Below, one piece after another: positions 12,820 through 25,123 of a stretch of 64,000 nt of DNA. Every line of letters begins with the position of its first letter. Positions within the stretch are counted from its first letter, which is position 1. Made by a program: the position numbers and the translations under genes. The notes under the pieces were generated by a model that saw nothing but the letters and a program-made list of their open reading frames with translations, was not told the DNA's origin and did not search any database. Origin of the DNA: Balanoglossus misakiensis (taxonomy: Eukaryota; Animalia; Hemichordata); NCBI GenBank assembly GCA_040954595.2, contig CM082579.2:124001-188000 (forward strand), written 5' to 3'.

Positions 12820-14050
12820 ATGAATGGTTCTGTCGGTTTGAATATAGGTTGCAGGATGGATATAGACCGTCTAGCTAGACCTGTGAATATCGTCTTGCCC
12901 GGCTGTTCCCCGATTGTTTCAAGCGTAACACAAACGCACGCGACAGAACCCAAACGAAATGCAGTGGTTTTGCCACCCGTGGTCATAGCGACTTCACAAT
13001 TGTGTCCAATAGCGCCCGCACCAATGCCACCCAGTCCGGAGGTGGGACAAAATTCCCGCAAGAAGGAGGAAAAACAATACCCGAGAAAGAAACTGAAGCG
13101 ATGTTCCGTACAAGGATGCGAAGAAACCACGTATCGGTATAAATCAGATCCGTGGATGTGCAAATATCACAAAAACAAAAGCTACAAAGAAGCAGCCAAA
13201 AGAAGAAAAGAAGTGAAACAGCAACAAGAAAAGCAGGCTCAGGCAGAAGCATTGGCTGCTACAGAATTCAGTGCTAATACCTCAAGAGATGTACATCAGT
13301 TTTCTGATTACTTTAGTAATTTGTAGTGTCAATTGCTGTTCATCAATTTCAGGTTCTTAAAATAATGTCTCATCTTCTTTAATTAATTTTGACAAACCTC
13401 GTGTGTGAACAAGTAAAACTGGTTAAAACAACAAATCCGCTCATCTGCTGGATCTTTCTCTTACAGAGTGGTGCAAGTACTAGCAGTCCATTTGAGAGTG
13501 AATGCCAACACAAATGCAACAGGAATGGAAGAAACAGCTGTGATTTTACAAAATACCAACCTCATGTTTCCATGTTGGAACAAGTTTTAAATGAAAAGAA
13601 ACTGGTATGGATTGGATAATAGAAATATTATGCTTTCTGCATATGGTACAAATAATGCACATGCAAAATAAAGTTATAGGCTAGAAATATGCATCATGTC
13701 TGTCTGTCTGTCCATGTCAAAAACTGATGCATGAATCATCTTGGTATCCAGTGCACAGGCCCATCCACGACTGAAGTTGCCACCACCAGAAATATGCAAA
13801 TGTTACGTAGTTTTACGATGTGTACAACTAACACTCCTCCAAAGCTAACTAGTTGTTGGATCACCATTTCTAGGTTGGCAAGAGCATGTCATGTTACACT
13901 AGATACCTGTATGTCACTCAATAATGTATCAGTAACCATCTACAAATGCTATTTTCAAATCTTGATTTTTAGGCTCTGATGAAATCACCTGAAGTGATCC
14001 ATTTTATACAAAACCAACAGAAGGCATTGGCACTGAGCAAGACTGAGTGA
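12820..14050 (+). CDS. RFXAP: Regulatory factor X-associated protein homolog
   Basis: Exons 12820-13290, 13467-13604, 13973-14050 (all phase 0, TGA at 14048-14050). RCSVQGCEETT..DPWMCKYHKNKSYKE resembles vertebrate RFXAP CTYEGCSETT..KPWMCKKHRNKMYKD. SMLEQVLNEKKL/ALMKSPEVIHFIQNQQ resembles the C-terminal LLEQVLNQKRLSLLRSPEVVQFLQKQQ. Start codon (12820 vs 12856) uncertain. Confidence 0.92.
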
Positions 14051-15331
14051 AGCAAGCCGCTGATCGCGAAGCAGCCAGACACCCAGTCATGTTGTTGGTC
14101 AGAATACTGGACTATACCTTTATGTCAAATCTAGACTAAATGCAAGTACAGGGTGGGACATTAGCAGTCTCAGTCAATTACTCTTCGCAAACTCCTTTTT
14201 CCTGTGGGTACAAAATAATGTTAGCATGACTGCCACGACCATCTGTATAACCATAATAGATTGAGACTCTTTTAGTTGATACACATTTATTTGAGACTAA
14301 AATTAGTTTTCAAATGTTGATATGACAATTGAGTCTGTAAACTTCAATACAAGTCAGCTGTATGCCAATGGCAATACCATTGGCATTTTTTTCATTTAGC
14401 AAACTGGTTCAGGCACATTCATGGTGTGTTCACGTTTCTGGTTTTGACACATTTCAGTGATGGGGCTAATTTAATGATTTTTTCCAGAGATTTTTAGAAA
14501 GTAGGGAGAAAAATTGCTATTGGTAATTTTAGAAATTAGATTTTACACAGTCAGAGTGGAAGTTGTCAGCTGTGCCTGCCAAGATGGGACTCACACGTGT
14601 ACACTTGTGATACCAAATTTACTCAAATGTTGTAAAACATATAAGTTTGCCATTGTGTACATTGTAACAATCATTTTTGACTTGGCTATAATTAGATAAG
14701 ATGTGTTGACAGTAGCAAGTTACACGTCCACATTTTTCCTGGTACATTTTTTTAAAGACATGTCTGCAAAGCATGGAAACAAATGCACCAATGAGCGATA
14801 AAAGTAAAATACATAATATTTCATATAAAATATTTTATTGGGGATTTTTAAAGATTTTCCACTGAGACAGATCATTTGTACATAACATTATGTGAAATAT
14901 ACTCATCAAATAAAATCATAAAAGTTATACGCTGGCATAAGTTTCTTTTTTCTCTCCCAGTAGACCTCTCTCTCTTTGTATGTCTAGCTGGCGTTGTCTT
15001 TGAAGGAGCACAACACTGTCAGAGGTCAATAGAGAGGGATTTATTTCATTGATTGCTTACATACAATCAGTAACTGTCCTCTCAAAGTTACAAACATTCC
15101 TACAGGGAATTTATTTTTATGCTGAATGTTTCAACTTCAAAAATGTCCACAAATACCAGACTAAACATTGGTACAGACTGGTATAGTCACACAGATTTAA
15201 CTCTTGTGGCAGTAGTCCCGTGTTAATGGGAGTAATAGAGTCTGGTCTGTTTCTTCAAGTGTATAAAAAAACACCCCACCCCCTCCCCCATGTTTGAACA
15301 AATATCACTGAAATTCTATAAAGTCCACTGT

Positions 15332-18300
15332 TCACTCTGTTGTTTCCTCGGCAACCTCTTGTGATGCTTCCCCAGATGCTGCTTCTCCTTCTCCAGTTTC
15401 CGAGCGTTCATCACGTTCTTTCTTGGATCTCTTGCTGCGTTTGTGGCGTGAGCTGCGATGTGATTCTGAACCAGCTTCACTGCTTTCATGGTGTCTGCGA
15501 CTATAGAGTAATGACAAGACAACAATAAAGTGCATCTCCTTTCTCTCATGTTCATACATAGGAGTTAATGTAATACCAATTTGTTTTTCCGTGTCATTAA
15601 TAATCTCAAGAACAGTTAACTCATACAGATATGACAGTGAGCTCACAACAATGTTGCATTTAAAGAAACCAGTTTTATACAAATTACTTTGCAGATAAGT
15701 AAGCTTTCAGAGTCACAAACAAGGCAATGTTTGAACAAATATGACATATAATCTTACCTCCTTGATGATTTGTGTCTCTCTTCTCGGTCTTTATCTCGTT
15801 CATGTCTGTCTTTGTGCCGCCTCTCCCTATCCTTCTCACGGTCTCTGTCTCGATCTCTATCCCTGTCTCTGTCACGGTCTCTCTCTCGATCTCTGTCCCT
15901 TTCCCGATCCCTATCTCGATCACGGTCTCTGTTCTGTGATCTATCCCGTGAATCTCTTTCCCTTCTGTGATAATCTCTTTCCCTGTTGGAACAGAGTATT
16001 GAAGATGACTTGTCAAACATGACTCAATGCATTCCCTTGGGTAGACAGACGTATGCTGTTACCCTCCCATTGCCAGATCAGTGCGTATTCAATATTTGCT
16101 GGTATACCCATACAAAACATTAGCTTCTACTCCTTGTACAACCTGCACATAATTGTAATGCACAAAGCTTTGCATTCACTCACTCACTCACTCACACACT
16201 AATTTGCCAAAATATATATAACCTCTTTGCTACATAAACTAATAAAAAAGACCAACCTCTCCCTATCTCTTTCTCTGTAATCTCGAGATTCTCTCCTGTC
16301 TCGATATCGTTCTTCTTCACTGTAAACAATCAAATAGCGCATTTTAAAGTACAGAGGAAAAGAGCCCATGCAAAGTTTCACCAGTTCATTAAAAGATTGT
16401 CAAGCTAGTCTACCACTGTGCCAGTGTCACACAAGAAATCCACGGAACCTGTCTTCTGTAATGGCAAACGATGAAGTGGCATACACATGTGAAGTTCAAC
16501 AAATCCCAAATATCTCTCTGTGACTGAACCAGCTGTTCAGGACACTATGGTCAGGTACTGATGTAGACCAGAAAACAGGAAGGAAAATTATTTAAAATAC
16601 AGATTGATATGTGGTATTGACCTGAGTAAAATGTGGACTAGCATTTACAACAACTGTGGAGACAGCTTTCATATGATTTTGATTTTAAAAATCTGTAATC
16701 TACCTGCTGAAATCACTTTCCTCTGATCTTTGCGGACTGCGGTCAATTCGATATCTATCCCACTCAGGAGAGTAAGGCCCAGGTGGACCCCTGTCCCAAT
16801 CACCAGGTGGTGGTCCTTGTGATGATGGTGGCCCCTGAGAGAAGGGTGGATATCCCTGACCTGCATCAATAAAATATACTTGGTTAAGTATTTTAATTGC
16901 TTTTTGAAAGAGATACAGTCTTTGAAGTATGAAGGTTGCAGCAAAAGCAGAATTCATGTAAGGTTCAATCTAGTCTAGGACTTTCTATGCACTTAAAACT
17001 GGACGAGGCGAGGGTGGATGCATATTCACTAATCTGATTCTGAATCTGATGCACACTTCAAACTTTTACCAACTATAACTACAACAAAGACAGCAATTAG
17101 ATTTAGAATGGAGCAGTCTGAATCTGAATGTAGCATAAAGCTTTATCAACACCATCTCATGAAAATCAGAGACTTTAGACTGTTTCTGGTTTCTTGCATA
17201 AAACAGTTCTGCCAAAGAAGTTTTTCGATCTGATCTAAACAATTCTTTATCCTACCACCACGGAATGGCCTGTCTTCAAATCCAGGTGGTGGCATACCTC
17301 TGTCCATACCAGGTGGTGCCATGTGTGGTGGTGGTACTCCCATTGGTGGTGGACCAGGTGGAGGAAAACCACGCCCTGTGAAAAGCAACAATGTTATCAA
17401 ACAGAAGACAGGAGTGTAAATGACATGATTAACAAAATCTTACAAAACACCAAAATTCTAAATAAACCACTAACCAAATTAACTTACCAAATGAAGGTGG
17501 AGGCATACCATCAGGTGGAGGGAATCCTGGAGGAGGTGGTCCTCCAAGTCCTGGGGGAGGTGGTGGCATACGAGGATGACCTATAAACATAAAAATACTT
17601 GGAATTTATTTCCTGCCTGATTTATATAATACATCTGGTATCAACAGAGTACATCAATATTGAATGTAGTTTTTTTTGTAACTTTTAGCATAAAGCATAA
17701 ACAACTAAAAATAAAACAGCCTCAATATTAGTTCAGCTCATGGATACTCCATGATATTCATCCCTACCGAGTTCTCCATTATCACATTTCTGCATAAAAT
17801 TGATATCTGGGCCCTCCACCACTGCATGTACAGCCATCATCACATGATCAATACAAGAGATAACAAAAATTATTTCTAACATAGTATAGTTTACCTGGAG
17901 GTGGTCCTCTTGGTGGCTGTGACTGGGGTGGAGGAAACCCACTTTCTGGACCCATAAACGGGGCCATGGGACCTATATTGGGTGGCGGTGGTCCTGATGG
18001 TGGTCCATTTCCAGGTGGAAAGGGCCTCTTTGGTCTGGAATCACCACCACTTTGAGATAAAAAGAAGAATCAGAGATAAAGTTTAAGCTGATCAGTGTTT
18101 TTGCTAAGGAAATTGATAAATGATTTCGGAACTCCAGAAACACTTCTGCTACCCATTTATATGACTGGAATGATATCACAAGGTGAACCGCAGTAAAATG
18201 AGTGGGGACCGTGGTAACATTGACTAGGGTACCGACGTTAGCACTTTTCCTAGTTACAATAAGAATTTTACACTCTACAGATTTTGTTTTTCAAATATAT

Positions 18301-21300
18301 TCATAGTTACAGCACAACCGTTAAATGTATCATGAAATGGAAACATGTAGGTTTTGTGTGATAGCACACAGGAAGTGTGTGTGATACCGATAGAACAATG
18401 CAATAAGTATAACCACAACATGATAAAATGGCAAACTTTTTTCTACTGAGCAACACTTACAATTCTGATGAACTATCACCACCCATGACTGGAATAGGAT
18501 GATTTTCATCAACTCCAAAGTTTGGTCGATTGTCTCTCCGCCTACCCTCCACTCTAGCTATGCCTATTGGACTACCTTTGTCCACTGGAGGAGGCTGCTT
18601 GGGTCGGGGTCCTCCACTAGGTCCAAACTGAGTAAATTGGGTAAACTTACGACCTTCAGAATATTTCAACAAAAATAATCACTGAGAGTTATACACCTTT
18701 TGTAATTTACAATGAATAGATCATGTCTTATGGGTATGGAGGAGGGGTGACTAATATTGAACTAGCAACTTGTTTCTATTAGAACAGCTAAAGCCCAATA
18801 ATGAAATGACTATTTGCATATTACCTGCACTTGCAGATTCTGTGGTTGGGATTGCTGATTCTTTGCTTCCTGTGCTGGAATGTACCTGAAGGGAAATGGC
18901 AAAGATAAACAAGTTAGACACGGAAGATCCATCTTTGATCCAAGCAAAATGTCAATAGTATTTACTACAAAACTGTAAAAGAAAAATTGCGTCAAGGACA
19001 CGGTGGTCCCATGGAGGGATTACACAAGAAAAAGTCAACACCGGAGTACATGGCCATATACAGACAGACAGACAGACACACACACACACACACACACACA
19101 AATACATAGAGAGAGATCAATGGGCAAGCACTGACTGACCCATAAGCTACCAATGGCATACATGTAGGTACTGTACATGCACTAAATAGAACAGCAGGTG
19201 TCTTAAAAGTTATGTAATCATTCAGGAATTTGCTGTGTTTATATGAATCACAGAGGGGAGTTCCTGCCTAATTAAAACAACTAAATAAAGTAAATACACA
19301 CCGCGTTGCAAAGTAATCGGACCAGTAGTTCTTGGGTTACCTAGTTTTGACCAAATTCACATTTTTCCAGCTAATTTGCATATTTTTGGCAATGACAACT
19401 TCATTTGAACAAACTCCCATCTACAGCCCAGCCTGCATCTGCACACTAAATTTCAAGGTCATACGCGCAGCGGTTTTCAAGTTTTTGATGTGGACGGACA
19501 TACAGACATACATCCATCCATCCATCCATACATACATACAGACGCAACCGATCCCATAAGGTCCCATGGTACATACCAATGGGACCCAAAAAAGCTACAG
19601 GCTTGGTTAACTAGTAGGGTCTTAAAGAAAAAATATCCAAAAAGAAAATTGAACATTTTGATAAAATGCTCAATGAAAACTGAAGACTTGCTAAGGGTAA
19701 TTCAAGTCAGAATATCAAGCAGAAGTATTCGGCATAAAAGCTGTCAAGGGATAGATGCAAATGAATAGAAAAACTAAGGAAATGAAAGAGAGTAGTAGAT
19801 ACACCAAACTTACATAAATCTTATTCTGCATGTTTACATCCATTCTGAGTCTCCTCTGTTTCTCACAGTACTGTCTCCATGTGTCTTCATTAAAACCATA
19901 GTTAAAATAGTCTGATATGTCAGCACCTTAGAGACAAATAAATGAATACATATCAACTCTCATTTCCCAGTGTTGTTATTGGCATTACTCTGAATAGCCT
20001 TGCAACATACTCTGTGCGGTACAAAGAAAACTTGCCACAAATGACACAGCATATTCTGTACAGAAGTGCAACAAAAAACTAAATGAATTATGGGAATGGT
20101 GTTCAGCTAGTCTGGAATACCCATTGAAGTTAAGAGATCAATCAAGAGTCAAATGTATCTACCAAAATATCTGCCAAATGAAACCAAAGCTATAATATTT
20201 ATAAATAAATATTTCCTATTTAATACTGGTAACCATTTTTGAGCCAGGATAATGAGGCAATTACACATTTGTGATATCTAAGCCAATGATTTAGCTGGTA
20301 ACCTATGTCTCGGCTGCAATTATCTGCAACCAGTGTCTCACCTACAGTATCTGGCAACTACATGCACGGATACTAGTTTCAGGGAGATTATTTTCACTTT
20401 GAATATCATTGAAACTTACCTGGTTTTCTCCATGGTTTGTCTTGCAAGGTGTCTAGATCTAGTGAAAACAAAGGCTGTCCATTAACTGTGCCTTCACCGT
20501 CTACATCAACACCTTTACCAGTTGATTTGATGCCGGGTGGACCTTCAGTGAATGAGATAACATTACAGCTCAATGCAAGGTGACAATAACATCTATGTCC
20601 AACAATGATCAGCAAATATATTTATCACTTTGTTACCTTTTCCCAAACAGTATGATGATTGGACAACAGAGTTCAAGCACAGGGCATAATACAAAGGATG
20701 AATGCCAATTGTTGGCTATTTCTACAGGTGGCTTTTGACTTCGCAATGCATACGTACCTGCAGTACCCGCTTTGCTGTAAGCTGCCTGCTTTATGTTGAG
20801 ATTCATAGGCGCACTTCCATAGCCACTGAAATGAATCAAGCAAAAACTTGGTTATATCCACATTGTCACTTATTGCAATATATTTCTCCACATGCAACAA
20901 TCAAGGGTAGAAAACACATCATACATAATGATATCATTTATTTCATTTTCCTAGCAGTAGATAAAATGTGAAAGGCATTAGGTCTAATATCTTACGTATA
21001 TGATGGTGGTGCAGCTTTGATATCTCCTATATGTACTTGTACATCATCATCATCACTATCTGAATCACTGTCTTCATCAGCAGCATCTTCATTTACGTTG
21101 TCCACAGCAACTGCATCACCTGCCTGTTCTCCTTCCTCATCGTCCTACAAAAATTGCATAAACAGATCATATGACCATCTCACATAACTGCATGTTTCAA
21201 GGTTTGGTTAACTTTTAGTCAGTTGTTTTTCAGCAACAACACAGCAAAGTCTCAGAGTTGTGGTTTCATGTACTCTTTCAAATGAAGTACTCCCAAACTT

Positions 21301-22999
21301 TAATCAATATCAGTGAGTAACCATTTCAATCCATGTTTGGCAATCTGAGACATTGTGGAACACACATCAACAACCCCTTAGATGGACATTTCCCTATTAA
21401 ACAGACATCAGAAATCAGAGAGATTTACCATTTCCCCTTCTTCTTTGTCTTCTGGTGCATTTTGTTCTGCTGAGGCAGCAGCTTGTTCACTGACAAATTC
21501 TGGTGCATCTGCAGAAAGTTTGCTTTCCACAACACTAAACAAAAATTCCAAAAATAATTCCAAATCAGCTGGTAATAAAATGTACTTCAATCTGAAACTG
21601 AATTTTTTTGTTCTCAACTTTTTATCATTTTCTCATCACCTTATGACATGTCCATAAGTATCAAAGAATGGTTTTGCAGTTAACTAACTGAATTTCAACT
21701 AGGTCAGATAAAGAAAGTTTCCTACACTAAAATACATGTACTTACTCCTTGCTACTCTCTGCTTCCAGTCTGCAATCAAAGACAATTGTACAAGGAAAAG
21801 GAGCAATTATTACTTGTAATGTGCTGCACTTAACTACTACCCATGCCATCTCCATAAAAATGTACTATAAAACATGCTTTTTAAAGGAAATTCTTCCAAA
21901 GAAACTTCTCACTAAACCTGAAACCACCCATTAACAAAATGTGTAAAAAAATTCTAAAATCAATGACCTTAGATCACTTCGCAGATAGGGTAACTGCAAT
22001 GCATGGTGGTATATTTTGCGTACAACATGGCAGGTACTAGCTGCAATGATTGTAGCGGCTGTACACCAGTCAACCAAGCAGCACCGGCCGCTACAATCAT
22101 TGCAGCTAGGCAGGTACCGGTAGTACGTGGTGAAGTTACCGATCAGAAAGCAAACTGTCCCACAATCCCCTGCGTTATTCTATCTGCGAAGTGGTCTAAG
22201 TATAAATGTTGAGTATTTGCAACTGAGAAGTGGCTATGTCTCTGTTTGGAGTCATGCATCCATCCTTGTAGCTCTGGACTTATACACTCCTGTACGCTGT
22301 TTGGGTCTACGCTGGGACGGAGAGCAGCTAGCGTAGACCCAAACAGTGTATAACTCAGTCCAGAGCTACCATCCTTGAATCTTACCCGGGAACTGGAGGC
22401 TCTGTCACTTCAGAACCATTCTCTGTAGCTTTCTTATCTTCCTCTGAAAATCAAACAACAGACTGGTATGTGTGAATCAGTTTTGAGCAGCAGCAGAAAA
22501 TGATTGCAAGGAATTCGAAAGGACTGGGATTGGGACAGTAATATCTCCAACGTGTGGGTGGGGGCGCTGGTCCCCCTGGTGTCAACAGAATGAACGAGGG
22601 GTGAACTAATTTCCCCTCCAGATGAAACACAACTGAAAGTGTCGGTGCATGTTTTGTACTTGATTAATTTTATTCAAGGATGGAAAATGAACGTTTGGAA
22701 ATAATTACTGTACCATACTTAGAGACAGTCAACCTTGTTGCCAAGCACTCTGCCTGGCACGCTGTATTAGGGGGCGCGTTGCTTCATTGATTTGAAAAGA
22801 CATTGACAGCTAATCTACATAATATGGACAGTTTAGGATTCGGATTTAAAGAGAACTGTATATGCGAGTGATTGATATGCATCAATTGGCGCAGCATGTT
22901 GTTCAAATACATTTGAAAAAAATAAGTGATGGTTAATTTTGCGACATTACCTCCTCCATACAACCATCGTTCATCGTCTTCGTCGGCCATTTTCGCCAT
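15332..22999 (-). CDS. FIP1L1: Pre-mRNA 3'-end processing factor Fip1 (CPSF subunit)
   Basis: Exons 22999-22951, 22443-22386, 21769-21746, 21534-21429, 21144-20996, 20825-20758, 20542-20420, 19926-19814, 18885-18825, 18653-18461, 18049-17895, 17580-17488, 17375-17256, 16860-16704, 16319-16257, 15982-15758, 15500-15332. [11 protein letters not shown]-terminus, [15 protein letters not shown], Fip1 motif [35 protein letters not shown], Pro-rich region and RD/RE repeats. Confidence 0.97.
18985..19590 (+). mobile_element. Non-autonomous Helentron/DINE-like element(s) in a FIP1L1 intron
   Basis: Subterminal ggtcccatgg (~19006) recurs in the 3' hairpin ggtcccatgg-tacata-ccaatgggacc (~19560-19586), which is preceded by (ACAT/CCAT)n. 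A second (CAGA)n(CA)n tract at ~19060-19100 suggests a nested piece. Confidence 0.6.
22038..22108. mobile_element. 71-bp TAG...CTA mini-element, same family as 11385-11922
   Basis: Identical TIR tagctgcaatgattgtagcgg. Internal caccagtcaaccaagcagcaccgg is identical to the right arm of 11385-11922. Perfect 9-bp TSD ggcaggtac (22029-22037, 22109-22117). Confidence 0.92.
22269..22368. mobile_element. 100-bp TAG...CTA fold-back element, second family
   Basis: TIR tagctctggact/agtccagagcta, inner stem ctgtttgggtctacgct/agcgtagacccaaacag, perfect 9-bp TSD ccatccttg (22260-22268, 22369-22377). Confidence 0.92.
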
Positions 23000-23595
23000 G
23001 TTGTTCAATGAAGCAATCTGGGAAGGGAGCTACAGACAGGGATCATCCATTCCTTAATGGGGGCTACCAGGCAGCTCAAATAGGTAGCACGGTGCCAACA
23101 CATGTATTCTCTGTCGGACAAAATCTCACGCTATAGATCTACTTAATACAACGTACAGTATCCGATGCCCCTTTTCTGAATATTGTCACGGTATTTAAAT
23201 TCTAGTACGACCATGCCATGCCAACGACCATTACAACACTTTGACATAATAGTTTGGTCTTCACTCGAAAATATCCGAAAGCATACGATGACGTACGATT
23301 GCTAAGCAATATGGCATCCCACATGTCGTGAAGGCATTATTTTCCTCCTGCCTTTACGTTTCTGATTACATCCATCATTTGTTAACTATCAGTTTGGAAA
23401 AGGACTCCGCCCAATCTTCTAAAAAATCGCGCGTGTCGTACACTGGTCGCAGTTAAGGTTATCGGAACCCTGGAAATTGGAATGCGAATGTACACAAGTT
23501 TGTGCGAATGACCTCGGCGTGACCCGAAGCCCTGTCTATATTGTATTGACGCAAACAAGTTTCTGCAGACGGGTTGTGCGTTTGATGCAATAGAT
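23000..23595. promoter_or_regulatory. Bidirectional promoter region FIP1L1 / MTIF3
   Basis: About 600 bp, CpG-rich, between divergent start codons. YY1-like aacATGGCG at the FIP1L1 start, ctccgcccaat (GC box/CCAAT) at ~23405, tgacgta at ~23289. Confidence 0.6.
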
Positions 23596-24799
23596 ATGGT
23601 GTTAATTGGAAAGTTAACCAGAACATTGTTGAAGAGGATTCAACTGACGAAAAGATCACCACTTTTTACGTGTGAAATAAATCGGTGTAAGCATGTTACT
23701 GTGAGTGCATTTCCGAAGGTGGGCGTGTCGAACTGGTGTAAATATCCAACGACGTTTGCTTTATTTGCAAAGCGGAAATCACAAGTGGTTAATATCAGAG
23801 TTTGGGCAATGTCTTCCATTTCAAGTTCTGATCCCACAGAAGGGTTTGCTCAAGAGACCGAAGGAAATAATGAAGGTATTGTCTCGGACGACCCTGAACT
23901 TGAAGACATATCTCCTAGTAAAAAGACAAAAATTAAGAAGAAAAATGAAAGCCTAAAAATAAGCAGTGTTGGAAGAATAGTTCCAGACAGAATAGTACAT
24001 CTGATAGATGAAAATGGAGATAATTTAGGACCAGTCCATCGGGTCAATGCTATCAAATTGTCTGAAGAGAGGAACTTGAAATTAGTTCTGGTTGGACAAA
24101 ATGCAAAACCTCATCCGGTGTATAAGCTGATGACAGGGAAGGAGCTCCACGAAAACCAATTGAAACTGAGGGAAAAACAAAAAAGCAAAGCCAAACCAAT
24201 CACAACCAAAGAAGTCAAAATTTCAGGAAATATAAGTGAGAATGATCTTAATATCAAGAAGAAGCACATCCATGGTTGGATAGACAAAGGGCACCATATT
24301 AAGATCGTCATAAATGACAACAGGAGAATGAGCACTACCTTTCAGTTCAAGGTACATAATGTTGACTTCTATGTTTAATAAAGCAGTTACTTCAGTTTAA
24401 GGCAGATGCATGCAGACCAAGTTAGGTTTGTTTCATGTCATTTTTAAGCAGATGGTGATGGAGTTGTCAGATTACTGCTATATGATTCTTTATACATGTA
24501 ACTGTTTTTGAGTGTCTGTCAACTTTCAGGTTTTTTTTAGCTCTGCTAGTACTATCAGTGACACAGATAATTAAAGTCAGATTTGTTTCTTATTTGCTTT
24601 GTTTTATTGCATCACTTTGTAGGAAGAACTGATACAAAAGTTAATGGAAGGCATCCAAGGCATGGCTACACTGAACTCAAAACCCAAAAGCATCGGGTCT
24701 GAAGGCAAGGATTTACAATGTGTTCTTCGGCTGATGTCTCTGAAAGAGAAAGCAGCTGCCAGAAAAGCCAAGAAAGAAAGACAAGACAAAACAAACTGA
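23596..24799 (+). CDS. MTIF3: Mitochondrial translation initiation factor IF-3
   Basis: Exons 23596-24351 and 24623-24799. Basic transit-like N-terminus; IF3 N-domain SSVGRIVPDRIVHLIDENGDNLG..NLKLVLV..PVYKLMTGKELHENQLKLREKQK; C-domain KEVKISGNISENDLNIKKKHIHGWIDKGHHIKIVI. Confidence 0.93.
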
Positions 24800-25123
24800 G
24801 ATTTACAACTGGGAGAAGGAGTTTTTTTTAGATCATTTCTTGTCAGAAAAATACAGAATATTTATGTCACTATGCTCCACTTTAATTAATTGATAGAGAA
24901 TTAGCGTGCACGGATAAAGCATGAAGCTTCATTTATTAACAATGAAGAAGTTAGGTTTGATTTCACTCTCAAGTTCTGATACTGCAAACACCATAATTTA
25001 TGAATCATGGTCACTCTACTGTGTGGAGTGACCGTGTATGAATAAAAAGAAAATGTTTGCGTGTGTATGATTCCAGGATGTCTGTATTCTTGTTGTGCAC
25101 TTTGCTCTTTTCTTTCATTCTTC

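Noticed and set aside
14363-14385. Small hairpin tgccaatgg-caata-ccattggca downstream of RFXAP
   Set aside because: A 9-bp stem with no TSD or known RNA motif; could arise by chance.
15684-16022. Overlapping ORFs with SLSR/ETET repeats
   Set aside because: Shadows of the FIP1L1 RD/RE-repeat exon.
17733-17842. C/D-box snoRNA candidate (minus GTGATGA...CTGA) in a FIP1L1 intron
   Set aside because: Weak terminal stem and no rRNA/snRNA complement that I could recognise; needs a snoscan/Infernal run.
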